Assembly (NCBI GenBank): GCA_963719495.1
Contig: CAVRCI010000001.1
Coordinates: 64,001-128,000 of the forward strand
DNA: 64,000 nucleotides
From: an uncultured Verrucomicrobiae bacterium
Lineage (GTDB): Bacteria; Verrucomicrobiota; Verrucomicrobiia; Chthoniobacterales; JAATET01
Direction of reading: 5' to 3'
Shown: piece after piece, positions 11,826 through 24,306 of the stretch
Numbering within the stretch: position 1 is the first letter of the stretch
Layout of the letters: every line of letters begins with the position of its first letter
The notes under the pieces: generated by a model
What the model was told of the DNA's origin: nothing
The model's input: the letters and a program-made list of their open reading frames with translations, nothing else
The model's database searches: none
Position numbers and translations under genes: made by a program

Positions 11826-13198
11826 CGCACGCCAGTCAATCCGGATTCCCGCAACTTCACCACCCCGGAGCGCAGACTTTCGCCCGCCCCCAGCCGCGAG
11901 AACCAAAACGTCAGCCGCTCCGCCTCCCCGACCGGCACCCGACGTTCCGTCGTCAGCTCCGCGTCCACGTGACCCGCCATCCGCACGAACTCCCCCGCCG
12001 ACCCGTCGACGAACCCACCCGTCGCCTCCACCTCCAATTGCCGCCCCCGGTCATCCGGCCCGTTCCTGCCCGCCCACGCTGGAGGCAGACCCGCCGTGCC
12101 CGCGTTCGTCAATTCCAGGCGACCCTTCGCGTCCACCCCCAACCGCGGATCCGCCGCGACCACCTCACCCCGCGCGATCCGCACCAACTCTTCCACACCT
12201 TGCAGCGAATCGGCTTCCGGCAGCCGAAACCAAGTCACCCCCCGCGCACCGGCGTCCTCGACCCTTTCAACCGTCAAGCGCAATTCGTCGATCTCAGGAT
12301 ACCGCATCACCACGACTTGGCCCGCCTTCAACCCAGCGTTACCAAGAGTCGAATCCCGCATCACGTCTGCCACCTCCGTCCCGGCTCCACCACCACCCAG
12401 TGGTCGTAGATCACGATGAAAAACCAACTCGTCCCAATCCCACCACCGCGGATGCCCAACCAACTCCCCAGCTTCTTCGAAAATCGAAATCCGCGCAAAC
12501 GCCGGCAATCCCGCCGACCAAGGCACCGGACAATCCTTCCACCCTTCGATCCACTCGCCCGCGTCGACGATCGGCTCGATTTCCCCCGCCACCACCGCCT
12601 CCGGCGAGTCGGCCCGCAGATCGTAAAACATCGGAAAAAGCTCATCCACCGCCGCCGCCAATTCCCCGAAACCCGCCACCCGCGGCCAACCCGCCAACGC
12701 CGTCGCGCTCACCGAGACCGGCGCAACCGCGTCCTGGATCGTCCGCAGCAGCGCCGCGTAGTTTCTCAACAACCGATCCGGGCAATCGTAATCGATCTGC
12801 ACTCGCTCCGCCCCCGCCCGCCCGCAGTATTCCGCGACGATCGCCGCCAATTCCTCGAACGATTCCACGTCCTCCACCGACCGCCCCTCCGCCGCCATCC
12901 GGATCACCGGCACCACCTCGATCCCGCCCGCCTTCGGCGAGCCGCGCACCAGCGCCCGAAACTCCCACCCCTCCGACTCAAGCCGACAATCCGCCACGTG
13001 CCAGAAGAGCGTCCCGACACCAAGGTCCGTCAGTCGGCCCACCTCCGCCTCCCTCAACCCCTCCGACCGCCCCCAGACCCAGAATCCCGGGTCAGTTGCT
13101 TCCGCCAGCGCCGAAGACGGCATCCCAGCAACCAACCCAAGCGACCCCAACAGCGCGATCCGGAGACGCCGACCGATCGGTCGACCCGCCCCCGTCAC
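11780..13198 (-). CDS. DUF3142-like exported protein (TIM-barrel, glycosidase-like)
   Basis: FWVWGR, VQIDYDCPDRLLRNYAALL, SATALAGW, GVTWFRLP motifs; signal peptide. Confidence 0.75.
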   Translation of the reverse strand: MTGAGRPIGRRLRIALLGSLGLVAGMPSSALAEATDPGFWVWGRSEGLREAEVGRLTDLGVGTLFWHVADCRLESEGWEFRALVRGSPKAGGIEVVPVIRMAAEGRSVEDVESFEELAAIVAEYCGRAGAERVQIDYDCPDRLLRNYAALLRTIQDAVAPVSVSATALAGWPRVAGFGELAAAVDELFPMFYDLRADSPEAVVAGEIEPIVDAGEWIEGWKDCPVPWSAGLPAFARISIFEEAGELVGHPRWWDWDELVFHRDLRPLGGGGAGTEVADVMRDSTLGNAGLKAGQVVVMRYPEIDELRLTVERVEDAGARGVTWFRLPEADSLQGVEELVRIARGEVVAADPRLGVDAKGRLELTNAGTAGLPPAWAGRNGPDDRGRQLEVEATGGFVDGSAGEFVRMAGHVDAELTTERRVPVGEAERLTFWFSRLGAGESLRSGVVKLRESGLTGVRWRVDGGDWYSLDRL

Positions 13199-16100
13199 CG
13201 ATCGCCCTCGGCGAAGATCTTGATCCGTCGGAAACGAGATTTCATCCCCGAAGGAGCGACCGCGCGAACTTTCACGACGGTCCGACGCGACTCCAGGTCC
13301 ACCCTGACGACGAACCGACCGCTCCTTCGGATTTTCCCAGTCCGCAGCTTTTCACCGCTGACCTTGTAATCCACCCGCGAACACCGGCGGGCATCCAGCA
13401 AGCGGCCCCGCACCTTGTAAACGGCCCGATCCGTCGTCACCCGAGTCGGACCGGAAATTTCCGGCATCTCGGGACGCAATTCGACGACCGGGCTCGGCAC
13501 CGGCGTTGGTCCGGGAAGAATCTCCGGCATTGGCCCCGGAGTTGGTGTCGGCGCTGGTGTTGGCTCAGGAGTCGGAGTCGGCTCCGGTGTCGGAGTGGCT
13601 GTCGGATCCGGCGTGGGAGTCGGAGTCGGAGTCGGTTCCGGCGTCGGCGTCGGCGTTGGCGTTGGCTCTGGCGTCGGGGTTGGCTCTGGAGTCGGCGGCG
13701 GCGTTGGCGTCGCGTTCGGATCGGGACCGGCGCTCGGGTCATCGACCAACGCGACGGCGTGAGATCGCCCGCCTTCGGCCTCCACCGCGAATCCGAGGCT
13801 CGGCGGCACGGCGGCCTGGCCATCGGAATTTCGACCCCAGGCGGTCAGCCGGCCCGTCAACGAAACCGCCAGTCCAAACCCACTTCCGGACGCAACGCCC
13901 ACGATATCTTCCAGATCTGGTGGGAAAGGCGCATCTGAGCTTCCGGCGTAAAATCCTTGTCCCCACGTCACCACGCGGCCGTTGGCGGTGATGCCGATGC
14001 CCGAATGATCACCCGCGGCCACCCCGACCATGGCCCCCAAGCCGTTCGAAGGAGTCGTGACCCCGTAGTAATCGTAACCCCATCCGACGACCCGACCATC
14101 GCTTCGCAGCGCCAACGCGTAGTTGTCACCCGCGGCAATCGCGACGATACCCGTCGCCGCGGCGGGCATTTTGTCTAGGTCGTAGGACGTCGATCCCCAA
14201 CTCACCACCGTGCCGTCAGCCACCAGAGCGAGGCTAAAGCTCCCGCCCGCCGCGATCGCGACCACGTTCGACAGATCAGTCGGCACGGTCTGCAGCGCCG
14301 TGGACGATCCACCCCACGAAATGACATTCCCATCCGCCAGCAACGCCAGACTGTGCGACCCGCCAGCCGCCACCGCGGTCACGGTCCTCAACCCCGCCGG
14401 CACGTCGGTCTGACCAGAATTGTTGCGACCCCACGCCGCCACCGTGCCGTCCGCCCGCACGGCGAGCGAATGATAGTCCCCGGCGGCAATTGCCTTCGCT
14501 TCGCCCAGATCGAGCGGAACGTTGCACTGCCCGTAAGTGTTCGATCCCCAGGCCGCGACGTAATTTCTCGGCCGACTGGAACCCAGACGAGGATTGGTTC
14601 CCCGATCGATCTCCAATCCATCGCCGGCACCGTCCCCGTCCGTGTCGCGCTTGAGCGGATCGGTGCCAATGAGGATTTCCTCCGCTTCGGTGAGCCCATC
14701 GCCGTCGTCATCGTCGTCCGTTCCATTCACGACTCGGATGGCGAAGATCGCCTCCACGCTCTCGCCGTTCGCGCCGTCCGCCGCCAGGCGCACCGACATT
14801 TCGGGCCGGGTTTCGAAGTCCATCGTCTCTCCCGCAACGAGTTTCCCACCGACGACTTTGAAGCGACCGTTGTCGTTCGACCCCACCCCGGCCGCCAACC
14901 GGAAGGTCACCTCTCCCGTGCTGCCCAGCCTGATCACCGCCAGATCCCCGACGTCGCTACCGGTCGGCTGGCCGTCCGCTACGGTGGTGTTGCTCAGCGT
15001 GACTCCGACCAATTCGGGCGCGCTCGAGAATTTGAAACTCACCACCCGCCGGGCGAGGTCGCTGTCGGTCCGGGCCAGAAGAAGCGCGTTCCTCACTCCG
15101 CCCTCCGTCGGCGTTCCCGTGATGAGACCAGTCTCCGGATTCAAGGAAAGCCCGGTTGGCAACTGACCGGCCTCGAAACGAGCCGCCGGCTCCGAGGCCC
15201 GAATCTGGTAGCGAAACGGCTCACCTACCCGCCCCTCGGCAGTCTGCGTGGACAGGATCCGCAGTTCCGGCTTGAGACTTCGGATGGACAGCCCATACCT
15301 CGAAGCAACCGCCAGTGACCGCACGTCCGTCGTCGCACCCGAGAGAGCTGGCGACGGAGGCGAGCGGTAGAAGGACGAGGGGAATCCGTAGGGATCGGCG
15401 ACCGGGGCCGAGGCCAGGCCGACCACGCCGCGATCCTTCCGCAGAACGATCGCTCCCGACAACCGTCCCGAGATTTCGACCGCTCCACCGCCGTCCACGC
15501 CCGAGGTCGTTGCCACGGGGGAACGATAGCGGTCGGATTGAAACTCCGTCACCCGTCCATCGCGATGGACTCCCCAAGCCGACTGCGCGGAGTCGAAGAA
15601 CGGAGAGTAAAAATATGGGGACCCCTGCCGACCAGCAGCCACCGAGACGTAGCCGGGACCACTCGAGAGTGACCCGTTGGAGCCAACCACGTATCCCGAG
15701 CGGGTCAGGCCGACCGCAAAATCCGTCCCGCTCGGATACCCGCCGTAATAGGGATCATTGGAACCAGCGACATCCAGGCCGATCAAATCTTTCCCCAGCC
15801 CCGCGAGCGATTCCGGGTAGTAGGGATTCAAGCCAACGGAGCGAGCCGTTCCATCCGCCAGCAGCACGGCTCCGGCGGTGCCCGAGGCCCGCACCGCGAC
15901 CGCGTTCGTCGCCACGATCGGGTCTCCGCTCGACGGATAGCCGTTCGACGAAGCCCAGCGCGTGACGGTGCCGTCGGCCCGCAGGGCGAGGCTGAAACCA
16001 TTGCCCGCCGCGATCTCGACGACATCCGCCAATCCACTCGGAACCCCACCCGCCGAGTTCCCCCATTGGATGACCGTCCCGTCCGCGAGCAATCCGAGCG

Positions 16101-19100
16101 AATGAGAATCGCCGACCGCCACCTGAACGAAATCGCCCCGGTCCACCGGCGGCGCGGCCGGAGCGGATCCCCACGCCGAAACGTAGGGACCGATGAAGAT
16201 CCGCACCGTCCGCCTCGACCGACCCTGGGCGTTTCGGGCGACGATCGTGACGAGTCGGTCCCCACCGGTCGGCGAGGTCCCGTGAATCACGCCGCTCGCG
16301 GCGTCGATCGACAAGCCCGTTGGGATGCGGTCCGCCTCGAAGGAAACCGCGTTGCCCGCCGCAATCGCCTGGGTCAGCGATTGACCGGGCTTGCCCGATA
16401 TCAAGCGCGGCGCCGTCAAATCGGGAGCGGGCGCATTCGCCCGCAGGACCACGCTCCAGTCACCGCCCGCCGCAACTCCGTGGGCACCCGACAGGTCGCC
16501 GGGCGGAGTGGCCTGGCCGGACCAATTGGCACCCCACGCGACCACCGAGCCATCCGAGCGCCGCGCCAGGCTGTGGCTCGCGCCCGCCGCCAACTCGACG
16601 ACGTCGCCCAGTCCGTCAGGCGGCGTGGCCTGCCCCGACCCGTCGGATCCGACGGCGGTCACCGTGCCATCAGCGCCCAGCCCCAGCAAGTGCGCCCGAC
16701 CCGCCACGATCGCGACGAAATCCGATCCATCCAGCCCGTCCAGCTGACCTTCCGCGCCATCCCCCCATCCGATCACCGTCCCGTCCGATCTCAGCGCGTA
16801 ACTCGTATTCCCACCCGCCGCGATCGCGATCACACCGCCGAGTGGCTGCGGAATCGTCGACTGACCGCTCCCGTTCGCGCCCCACGCCGCGACCGTCCCG
16901 TCGCGCAGCAGAGCGAGTGAATGGTAGGCCCCGGCTGCGACCGCCACCGCGTCGCGCACGGTCGAAGGCACCGTCGTCTGCCCCTCGCCCGCACGTCCCC
17001 AAGCGGCCACCCGACCATCGGCCTCGAGCGCCAGATTATGAAAATCACCAGCCGCCACCGCAACCACGGCACCAAGCGAAGCCGGGACCGTCACGGCACC
17101 ATCGAAATTCCCACCCCACGCCCGCACCCGACCGTTCGCCCCCAGCGCCAATCCGTGGAACTTGCCCGCGGCCACCGCGATCGTCCCGGCGAGATCCACG
17201 GGAGGCACCCGCTGGCCCGCCACGTTGTCGCCAAACCCAATCACCGCCGGCGAGTTCGCTTCGAAATTCCACTCCGTCAGTTCGCCCGGCACCACCACCG
17301 ATCCCCGCGGTGTCGCCAGCACGACCTGCCCCGACGACACTCCGCCGGGCAGCTCGATCGCGATCCGGTCGTCGGCCAACACCCGGACGTTCGCGGCCAT
17401 CCCGCCGATCGTCGCGCCCGTCACCTGCGTCAGGTAGCGACCCGCGACGATCACGTTTCCGCCCGCCACCACCGCCCGCGGGAAGGCTCCGGCAATTTCC
17501 GCCGGAGGAGCCGCCGCGATTGTGACGTCGACGACCGCCGTCCCCGTGCCACCCCCGTTGGTCGCCAAGAGATTGACCCGCGTCGTGCCCGCAGTCGTTG
17601 GGATTCCACCCAAGCGCCCAGTCTTTAAATCGAAGGTCAGTCCGACCGGCAATGGCCAAGCCTGGTAGAGCGTCGGCGATCCCGACGCGTAAAACGATCG
17701 ACTCACCTCCTGACCGACCACCCCCGTCACCGCGGAGGTCGAACTAAATTCCGGCAGCTTCGGCACCACCTCGAGGACCGCCTCGCTCTCGACCGTGCCC
17801 CCCGGCCCCGTCATCCGCACCTTCCCGCTCACCGTATTACCCGGTAGCTCGACGGACATCGAGGTATCCGACTGCACGGTGAACGTGGCGAGCACCACGC
17901 CAATCCGAACGGACGTCACGTCTTGAAAATTCCGCCCCGTCACGGTGATCGTCGAATCCGCCGAGACCGTTCCGGACGGAATTCCCGTCACGGCCACCGT
18001 CGTCGCCCCGAGCACCCGTAGCACCGAAGCCGTCTCCCGCTGCCCGTAGGCGTTGCCGACCGAGATCGTTCCCGTCTGCGCGCCCGACGGCACCGTGATT
18101 CGCGCCGCCGTCTCACCGATCCGCACGATCGAACTCTCCGGCACACTCAACCCGCCAATCCTTGCGGTCGTGACCGTCGCCAGATTCGACCCCGTCAACG
18201 TGACCACGTCACCCGGCCGAACCGTCCTGGGCGAAAACGACCCCACCGCCGGAGCCGTCGCCGCCGACCCCAAATTCAACGCCGCCAACCGCGCGGGCGC
18301 CCGACCGTTCACCGCATCGAACCGACCTCCGATAAAAATCCGCCCCGGATATTCCACCGACAGCGCCTCCACTTCCCCGTTGAGCCGATTCACCGTGTCG
18401 AAACCGGAGTCCGCCGACCCGTCCGCTCGCAGGATCGCAAAGTAGTTCCGCGAAGGTCCCCCCGCGCCCAGAAATTCACCCCCGATCAGGATCCGCCCAT
18501 CCGGCAGCACCTCGATCGCATTCACGTCGTCGCTCATCTCAGGCCGAAACTCCGCATCCTGGGCACCGTCCGGTCCCAGCCTAAGAAAGTATTTCGACGA
18601 GTTCGAAGAACTCGAGAAACTCCCCCCCACCAGCACCCCACCGCCGGCGTCCACGGCAAGCGCCAGCACGCTCGATCCGTTCGGCTCGGTCGGCGCAAAC
18701 GTGTTGTCCAACGTCCCGTTTGGGTTCAACCGGATGACCGACTTCGTCGAAGTCCCGTTGAACGACGAAAAACTCCCACCGACCAGAATCCGACCGTCCT
18801 CGAGCAATCGGATCACGTTCACCGTCGAGCCCGCCCCGGATCCAATCAGGAAACTCGAATCGATCGACCCGTCGACGTTCAACCGAGTCAGCCGACGCGT
18901 GAACGTCCCACCCGCGATCACCTTGCCGTCGGGCTGCACCGCGATCGCGTTGACCGATCCGTCCACCGTCGCCGAGGCGTCGAACGCCGGATCCACCACC
19001 CCGTCGAACCCAACCCGCGCCAACCCCTTCCGATCCGCCACGGTCGTCCCGCCGATCAGGTATCCGAGATTTCCCTGCCGCACGATCCGACGAAGCGAAG

Positions 19101-20685
19101 AAAACGCGCCCACCGGCGCAAAGGTCCCGTCCACCCGGCCATTTGTGGCGATCCGCACGACTCGATTCGCCGACGTCCCGTTGACCGAGGTAAAGTCGCC
19201 CACCGCCACCAAGCCGCCCACTTCACGGACAAAATCGTAAACGGTCGAACTCGCCCCGACCCCGACATCGAAGGTCGGATCGAGCTCCGTCGCCCGTCCG
19301 GGCAGGGGGTAAAACCAAGCGGTCGACCAGCTCGAGCCACTGGCGGACGACAACGCAATCCGTCCAGGCTCCGCACCCACGGGCACCGTCACCTCCGCGA
19401 CAAGGGGTGTCAGCACCTGGAACGCGGCGGAAGTCCTCCCGGCGATCGAAACGGACGTAACTTGGTCCAAATTCGAGCCCCGAATTTTGAAGATCGATCC
19501 CGCGTTCCCGTAGGCCACGTCCAACGTCCCGACCGCTGGCACCGCCGCCGCGCTCGGCCCCTGCAGCCGCGCAATCCGCCCGACCATGCTCCCGTTCGAA
19601 CTCGTGAACGATCCGCCGATCAGCACGCCACCGCCCGCCAATGGCACCACGGTCTCGACCGACCCCGACGGTCCGCTCGAGGTCACAAATCTAGTGTCCA
19701 GGCGCCCGTCCGCCCGCAGCAGCGCGATTCGGGACGCACTACCACCGCCCGCCGACGAAAAACTCCCGACCACCAGGATCCGCCCGTCGGCTCGAACTTC
19801 GATTCCATTGACGGTCGAGCTGATGTCCGCCGCGAAGCTGGCATCCAGACGTCCATCCCGGTCGATCCTCGCCAACCGCCCCTGGTTCACGCCGTCGAAC
19901 GACGAAAAATTTCCACCGATCAGCAAAAATCCCGCCGTCTCCTTCGCGATCGCATTCACCGGCGAACTCGGTCCCCCCGTCGTCCCGCCGAAGGTCGCAT
20001 CCAGCGTCCCATCCGCGTCCAGTCTCGCGAGGTAGTGTCGCTCCACTCCGCCGACCCGATAGAAGTCTCCGCCGATGACAATCCGCCCCTCCTCGACGAT
20101 CTGGATCGCGTTTACGCTCCCGTCCGATCCACTACCCGCGTCGAAGGATGGATCGACGGCCCCGTCGGCCAACAGCCGCTTGATCCGCCCCGTGAAATTC
20201 CCTCCAACGAGAATGCGCCCGTCAGCCTGCACGACAATGTCGCGGACCGATCCGTCGATCCCACCACCCGCGCCGAACGTCGCGTCCAACGACCCATCCG
20301 CGTTCAGCCGCGCAATCCCGCTCCGCAGATCGGCACCCGACCCGAAGGAAGAGCCGCCCACCAGAAATTTCCCGTCGCCCAACCCCACTACGCAGTCCGG
20401 CGACGACGTCACGCTGGGCGGCACCCAGCCCGCGTCCAGCCCGCCATTCGGCCCCAACTTGGCCAGACCCCGCCGGACCACGCCGTTCACCGAATAAAAC
20501 GACCCGGCCATCACGACCGATCCGTCCGCCAACTCGACCGCGTCCTTGACCGTCCCGTCCGCGCCGGTCCCCGCCGAAAACGTCGCATCCAACCCACCCG
20601 GCGCCGCCCGCCCCACCGTCGCGATCCCGAGAGCGAAACAAAGCAGCAGCCGCCAAATCAGGTTATTTCTCGGAGTTGAAATCAC
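13195..20685 (-). CDS. giant (~2500 aa) surface/extracellular protein: delta-60 propellers, IPT/TIG, putative Ig, RCC1 repeats, cadherin-like, Asp-rich Ca-binding, Pro-Thr linker
   Basis: Repeats [23 protein letters not shown], AAGxx[27 protein letters not shown]; probable GTG start before signal peptide [12 protein letters not shown]; the first ~354 aa of the track ORF are antisense to real + strand genes. Confidence 0.9.
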   Translation of the reverse strand: MISTPRNNLIWRLLLCFALGIATVGRAAPGGLDATFSAGTGADGTVKDAVELADGSVVMAGSFYSVNGVVRRGLAKLGPNGGLDAGWVPPSVTSSPDCVVGLGDGKFLVGGSSFGSGADLRSGIARLNADGSLDATFGAGGGIDGSVRDIVVQADGRILVGGNFTGRIKRLLADGAVDPSFDAGSGSDGSVNAIQIVEEGRIVIGGDFYRVGGVERHYLARLDADGTLDATFGGTTGGPSSPVNAIAKETAGFLLIGGNFSSFDGVNQGRLARIDRDGRLDASFAADISSTVNGIEVRADGRILVVGSFSSAGGGSASRIALLRADGRLDTRFVTSSGPSGSVETVVPLAGGGVLIGGSFTSSNGSMVGRIARLQGPSAAAVPAVGTLDVAYGNAGSIFKIRGSNLDQVTSVSIAGRTSAAFQVLTPLVAEVTVPVGAEPGRIALSSASGSSWSTAWFYPLPGRATELDPTFDVGVGASSTVYDFVREVGGLVAVGDFTSVNGTSANRVVRIATNGRVDGTFAPVGAFSSLRRIVRQGNLGYLIGGTTVADRKGLARVGFDGVVDPAFDASATVDGSVNAIAVQPDGKVIAGGTFTRRLTRLNVDGSIDSSFLIGSGAGSTVNVIRLLEDGRILVGGSFSSFNGTSTKSVIRLNPNGTLDNTFAPTEPNGSSVLALAVDAGGGVLVGGSFSSSSNSSKYFLRLGPDGAQDAEFRPEMSDDVNAIEVLPDGRILIGGEFLGAGGPSRNYFAILRADGSADSGFDTVNRLNGEVEALSVEYPGRIFIGGRFDAVNGRAPARLAALNLGSAATAPAVGSFSPRTVRPGDVVTLTGSNLATVTTARIGGLSVPESSIVRIGETAARITVPSGAQTGTISVGNAYGQRETASVLRVLGATTVAVTGIPSGTVSADSTITVTGRNFQDVTSVRIGVVLATFTVQSDTSMSVELPGNTVSGKVRMTGPGGTVESEAVLEVVPKLPEFSSTSAVTGVVGQEVSRSFYASGSPTLYQAWPLPVGLTFDLKTGRLGGIPTTAGTTRVNLLATNGGGTGTAVVDVTIAAAPPAEIAGAFPRAVVAGGNVIVAGRYLTQVTGATIGGMAANVRVLADDRIAIELPGGVSSGQVVLATPRGSVVVPGELTEWNFEANSPAVIGFGDNVAGQRVPPVDLAGTIAVAAGKFHGLALGANGRVRAWGGNFDGAVTVPASLGAVVAVAAGDFHNLALEADGRVAAWGRAGEGQTTVPSTVRDAVAVAAGAYHSLALLRDGTVAAWGANGSGQSTIPQPLGGVIAIAAGGNTSYALRSDGTVIGWGDGAEGQLDGLDGSDFVAIVAGRAHLLGLGADGTVTAVGSDGSGQATPPDGLGDVVELAAGASHSLARRSDGSVVAWGANWSGQATPPGDLSGAHGVAAGGDWSVVLRANAPAPDLTAPRLISGKPGQSLTQAIAAGNAVSFEADRIPTGLSIDAASGVIHGTSPTGGDRLVTIVARNAQGRSRRTVRIFIGPYVSAWGSAPAAPPVDRGDFVQVAVGDSHSLGLLADGTVIQWGNSAGGVPSGLADVVEIAAGNGFSLALRADGTVTRWASSNGYPSSGDPIVATNAVAVRASGTAGAVLLADGTARSVGLNPYYPESLAGLGKDLIGLDVAGSNDPYYGGYPSGTDFAVGLTRSGYVVGSNGSLSSGPGYVSVAAGRQGSPYFYSPFFDSAQSAWGVHRDGRVTEFQSDRYRSPVATTSGVDGGGAVEISGRLSGAIVLRKDRGVVGLASAPVADPYGFPSSFYRSPPSPALSGATTDVRSLAVASRYGLSIRSLKPELRILSTQTAEGRVGEPFRYQIRASEPAARFEAGQLPTGLSLNPETGLITGTPTEGGVRNALLLARTDSDLARRVVSFKFSSAPELVGVTLSNTTVADGQPTGSDVGDLAVIRLGSTGEVTFRLAAGVGSNDNGRFKVVGGKLVAGETMDFETRPEMSVRLAADGANGESVEAIFAIRVVNGTDDDDDGDGLTEAEEILIGTDPLKRDTDGDGAGDGLEIDRGTNPRLGSSRPRNYVAAWGSNTYGQCNVPLDLGEAKAIAAGDYHSLAVRADGTVAAWGRNNSGQTDVPAGLRTVTAVAAGGSHSLALLADGNVISWGGSSTALQTVPTDLSNVVAIAAGGSFSLALVADGTVVSWGSTSYDLDKMPAAATGIVAIAAGDNYALALRSDGRVVGWGYDYYGVTTPSNGLGAMVGVAAGDHSGIGITANGRVVTWGQGFYAGSSDAPFPPDLEDIVGVASGSGFGLAVSLTGRLTAWGRNSDGQAAVPPSLGFAVEAEGGRSHAVALVDDPSAGPDPNATPTPPPTPEPTPTPEPTPTPTPTPEPTPTPTPTPDPTATPTPEPTPTPEPTPAPTPTPGPMPEILPGPTPVPSPVVELRPEMPEISGPTRVTTDRAVYKVRGRLLDARRCSRVDYKVSGEKLRTGKIRRSGRFVVRVDLESRRTVVKVRAVAPSGMKSRFRRIKIFAEGDR

Positions 20686-20880
20686 GGGGCGGGCGGGCGG
20701 ATTAAGCCGATAAATGCGGAGGACGAAGCGCTGATGGGCCACCCTAGGTCGCAAGCCGATCACGGCAAACTCAAAGCATCCCCCGGCCATAGGGAAATCC
20801 CCGATATTTTCGACGCCAAAGCGACGCCAAAGATTCGGTTGCCCGTCCCCCGCCGCCCGACCTACCGTTCCCCCTCCCAA

Positions 20881-21585
20881 ATGAACCGCCTGCTCCGCCT
20901 CGCCCCCCTCCTCTGCCTCGCGTTCGTCTCCCCGCTCGCCGGTCAGCCGGAACCCACCCCGCGACCCAACCCCGAACCCGGCCTCTCGCGGAACGACGCC
21001 TTCGTGAAGATCCAATCCAGCGCCGCCGCCGGGACGGCCCTCGAACTCGCCTCGGAGGACCTCGAAGCCAAACGCTACGACGCGGCCCTCGCCCGCCTCG
21101 ACGCCATTCCCGCCGACGTTCGGGACTCGAACCCAGCCCTCCTCAACGCCCGCGGTGCCGCCCTCGTCCAACTCGACCGCATCGAGGAAGCCTCCGCCGC
21201 ATTCGCCCAAGCGCTTGCCATCGATCCGAATTTCTTCCCGGCCCGGTTCAACGTCGGCGAAATCTTCTTTCAAGAAAAACAATACTCCGAGGCTGCGAGC
21301 CACTTTCAGGTCATGATCAGCGAGGTCGGCGTAAATCCACTCCTCAAATTCAAGCTCTACCTCGCCTATCAGCTCGACGGGGAAGGCGGTCGCGCCGACG
21401 CCGCGCTGCGCAACATCCGATTTCCACTCGACGGACCGGCCTGGTATTTCGCCCAAGCCGCGGCCAGCGCGGCCGGCGGGGACGAGGCCCGGGCGAAGAA
21501 GCTCGCCGCCACCAGTCGGAAGATTCACCCCAAACTCTCCTCCACCTACCAGGAGTCCCTCGAAGACGCCGATCTCCTCCCCTGA
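20881..21585 (+). CDS. exported tetratricopeptide repeat protein
   Basis: Signal peptide MNRLLRLAPLLCLAF; TPR pattern EEASAAFAQALAIDPNFFPARFNVG. Confidence 0.85.
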   Translation: MNRLLRLAPLLCLAFVSPLAGQPEPTPRPNPEPGLSRNDAFVKIQSSAAAGTALELASEDLEAKRYDAALARLDAIPADVRDSNPALLNARGAALVQLDRIEEASAAFAQALAIDPNFFPARFNVGEIFFQEKQYSEAASHFQVMISEVGVNPLLKFKLYLAYQLDGEGGRADAALRNIRFPLDGPAWYFAQAAASAAGGDEARAKKLAATSRKIHPKLSSTYQESLEDADLLP

Positions 21586-21589
21586 TCCC

Positions 21590-22615
21590 ATGGGCAAAAA
21601 GAAAAAGCACTCCCACAAACGTCCCCGCGTCCTCGTCACCGGGGCCGCCGGATTCATCGGCAGCGCCATCGTCCAGGCCCTCAACGCCCAGGGCATCGAC
21701 GACATCCTCGTCACCGACGTCCTCGGCCACGACGAGAAGTGGCGCAACCTCGCCCCCCTCCGCTTCGACGATTACCTCCAGGCCGACGACCTGCTCGCCC
21801 GCATCACCGCCGACCCCGACGCCTTCGGGCGCATCGACCGCGTCTTCCACCTCGGCGCCTGCTCCGCCACCACCGAGACCGACGGCGATTACCTGATCGC
21901 CAATAACTACCGTTACACGCAGACGCTCGCCGAGTGGGCCCTCGCCCGCAACGCCCGCTTAGTCTACGCCTCCTCGGCCGCGACCTACGGCGACGGCGAG
22001 GAGGGCATGGACGACACCGACGCGGATCTCCACCGCCTCCGCCCGCTCAACCTCTACGGCTACTCGAAGCAACTTTTCGACCTCCACGCCCAACGCCGCG
22101 GCTACCTCGACGACATCGTCGGCGTGAAGTATTTCAACGTCTACGGCCCGAACGAATACCACAAAGCCGACATGCGCAGCCTCGTCTGCAAGGCCTACGA
22201 CCAGATCCAGGAGACCGGCCGCATCAAGCTCTTCAAGAGCCACCGCAAGGACTACCGGGACGGCGAGCAAATGCGCGACTTCGTCTACGTGAAGGACGCC
22301 GTCGCCATGACCCTCCACCTCGCCGACAGCGAGGACGCCGGCGGTCTCTACAACGTCGGCTCCGGCGTCGCCCGCACCTGGCTCGACCTTGCCCGCGCCC
22401 TCTTCGCCGCCTTGGACAAAAAGCCGGCCATCGACTTCATCGACATGCCCGAGTCGATCCGCGACCAATACCAATACTACACCTGCGCCGACATCGGCAA
22501 AATCCGCGCCACCGGCTACGAAGCCGAGACCACCTCACTCGAACGCGCCATCCACGACTACGTCACCAACTACCTCGAGCCCCACGCCCGCCTCGGCGAC
22601 GAACCCACCGACTGA
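21590..22615 (+). CDS. rfaD: ADP-L-glycero-D-manno-heptose 6-epimerase
   Basis: VTGAAGFIGS, HLGACSATTE, YASSAATYG, PLNLYGYSK, YFNVYGPNEYHK, RDFVYVKD. Confidence 0.95.
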   Translation: MGKKKKHSHKRPRVLVTGAAGFIGSAIVQALNAQGIDDILVTDVLGHDEKWRNLAPLRFDDYLQADDLLARITADPDAFGRIDRVFHLGACSATTETDGDYLIANNYRYTQTLAEWALARNARLVYASSAATYGDGEEGMDDTDADLHRLRPLNLYGYSKQLFDLHAQRRGYLDDIVGVKYFNVYGPNEYHKADMRSLVCKAYDQIQETGRIKLFKSHRKDYRDGEQMRDFVYVKDAVAMTLHLADSEDAGGLYNVGSGVARTWLDLARALFAALDKKPAIDFIDMPESIRDQYQYYTCADIGKIRATGYEAETTSLERAIHDYVTNYLEPHARLGDEPTD

Positions 22616-22616
22616 C

Positions 22617-23429
22617 ATGCGATTCCTCACCACCCTCCTCCTCGCCTCCGCGTTCCCGACCTTCGCGGCGACCGAATCCGCCATCGAAGCCCGCGCCGCC
22701 GACTCGCAATCCCGGCTCGCGAAGTCCGAAGGCGGTCAGCTCATCCTCGACTCCGTCGAAGCCCACGGCGGCTTGAAGAAATGGTTCAGCAACGGCCCGC
22801 TCCGCTTTCGCTGGACCTACCACCTGAGCGACAAGGGACCCGACGCCGTCGTCGACACCGTCCAGACCGTCGACACGTGGTCGTCCCGCGCCGTCCACAC
22901 CGTCCCCGCCCGCCCGGAGGTTTCCTTCGGCTGGGACGGCAAGGAAGCTTGGATCGTTCCAGCCGACGCCGAGTTCACCCCGCCCCCGGCCTTCTGGGCC
23001 CTCACGCCCTACTACTTCGTCGGTCTCCCCTTCGTCCTCGCCGACCCCGGCACCAACTTCGAAGTCCTCCCCGACATCCGGTTCGAGGACAAATCCTACC
23101 GCCAGGTGAAAGTCACCTACGACTCAGGCACCGGCGACTCACCCGACGACTACTACATCGCCCTCATCGACCCCGACACCAAGCAACTCCGCGGCGTCCG
23201 CTACATCGTCACAAGCCCCCTCGTTGCCCCGAACGGCCCGGGCCCCGAGAAGTTCCTCACCCACGAAGGCCTCACCGAATTCGAAGGCATCCTGCTCCCC
23301 ACCGCCCACGTCACCTACGAGATGAATGGCGACGAGATCGGCCAAAAAATGCGCACCGCCGAAGTCACCGAAATCAAATTCGTAGATGGAGCCGACTTCA
23401 CAATCCCCAAAGGAGCAAAGCTCCTGTAG
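22617..23429 (+). CDS. hypothetical exported protein (DUF6503-like)
   Basis: Signal peptide MRFLTTLLLASA; EAHGGLKKW, YYFVGLPFVLADPG, GDSPDDYY. Confidence 0.7.
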   Translation: MRFLTTLLLASAFPTFAATESAIEARAADSQSRLAKSEGGQLILDSVEAHGGLKKWFSNGPLRFRWTYHLSDKGPDAVVDTVQTVDTWSSRAVHTVPARPEVSFGWDGKEAWIVPADAEFTPPPAFWALTPYYFVGLPFVLADPGTNFEVLPDIRFEDKSYRQVKVTYDSGTGDSPDDYYIALIDPDTKQLRGVRYIVTSPLVAPNGPGPEKFLTHEGLTEFEGILLPTAHVTYEMNGDEIGQKMRTAEVTEIKFVDGADFTIPKGAKLL

Positions 23430-23510
23430 GGGAGCGGGGGAGCGCGGGCTTCCAGCCCGCCGTTCTGGGCATCCTGCCCGGAACTTCCAAACCAACCGCC
23501 GAAGGCGCAC
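23430..23510 (+). repeat. REP-like element family C
   Basis: GGGGAGCGCGGGCTTCCAGCCCGCCGT, same core as 27123. Confidence 0.8.
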
Positions 23511-23531
23511 TTCCTCCACCCACCCACACCC

Positions 23532-24233
23532 ATGCCCGAAACCATCCTCATCACCGGAGCCAACCGAGGCATCGGCCACGCGCTCGCCCTTGCCTTCGCC
23601 GCCGCCGAATGGACCGTCTACGCCGCGGGTCGCGACGCCGAAGCCCCCTCCCTCACAACCGCCGCCGAAACGCACCCCAACCTCCACCCCATCGAGATCG
23701 ACGTCCTCGACACCGCCACCCTCGCCCGGGCCGCCGCGACCCTCGGCGACATCCCGCTCGACGTCCTCGTCAACAACGCCGCCATCTTCCCCGGCAACGG
23801 AGACGAGACTCTCGAGACCCTCGACCCCGATTGGTTCGCCGAAGCCGTCGAGACCAACGTCGCGGGAGTCGCCCGCGTCACCCGCGCCTTCCTCCCGCAC
23901 CTGCGCCGCGCCCCGAGCGCCCGCATCGTCAACGTCTCGTCCGGAGCCGCCTCCATCGGCGAAAAGGAAGACAATTCCTACTACCCCTACGCCGTTTCCA
24001 AGGCCGCCCTCAACATGCTCACCCGCGCCATGGCCGCCGAATTCTCGCCGGAGAACATCATCGTCACGCCCATCAGCCCTGGCTGGGTGAAAACCGACAT
24101 GGGTGGCCCCAACGCCCAGATCACCCCGGAAGAATCAGCCGCGTCGCTCTTCCAAACGATCACAAAACTCACGTCGAGCGACTCAGGAAGATTCCTGGAC
24201 CGCGACGGCGAACAAGACCGCTACCAGTGGTGA
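23532..24233 (+). CDS. SDR oxidoreductase (CsgA/C-factor-like)
   Basis: ITGANRGIG, LVNNAA, YAVSKAALNM, ISPGWVKTDMGG. Confidence 0.92.
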   Translation: MPETILITGANRGIGHALALAFAAAEWTVYAAGRDAEAPSLTTAAETHPNLHPIEIDVLDTATLARAAATLGDIPLDVLVNNAAIFPGNGDETLETLDPDWFAEAVETNVAGVARVTRAFLPHLRRAPSARIVNVSSGAASIGEKEDNSYYPYAVSKAALNMLTRAMAAEFSPENIIVTPISPGWVKTDMGGPNAQITPEESAASLFQTITKLTSSDSGRFLDRDGEQDRYQW

Positions 24234-24306
24234 CCCGAAAAATCGCCCCAGCGATTCAAACCCGACCTTCAGACCTTCAGACCTTCAGACTCGAAAGACC
24301 CGCTCA

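Noticed and set aside
13500..13730. GGCGTC/GGAGTC tandem repeats as a possible array
   Set aside because: They encode the Pro-Thr/Pro-Glu linker of the surface protein; no repeat-spacer structure.
20686..21747. First ~354 aa of the 2850-aa track ORF
   Set aside because: Antisense to the TPR gene and rfaD; the signal peptide and repeats begin only at ~20685.
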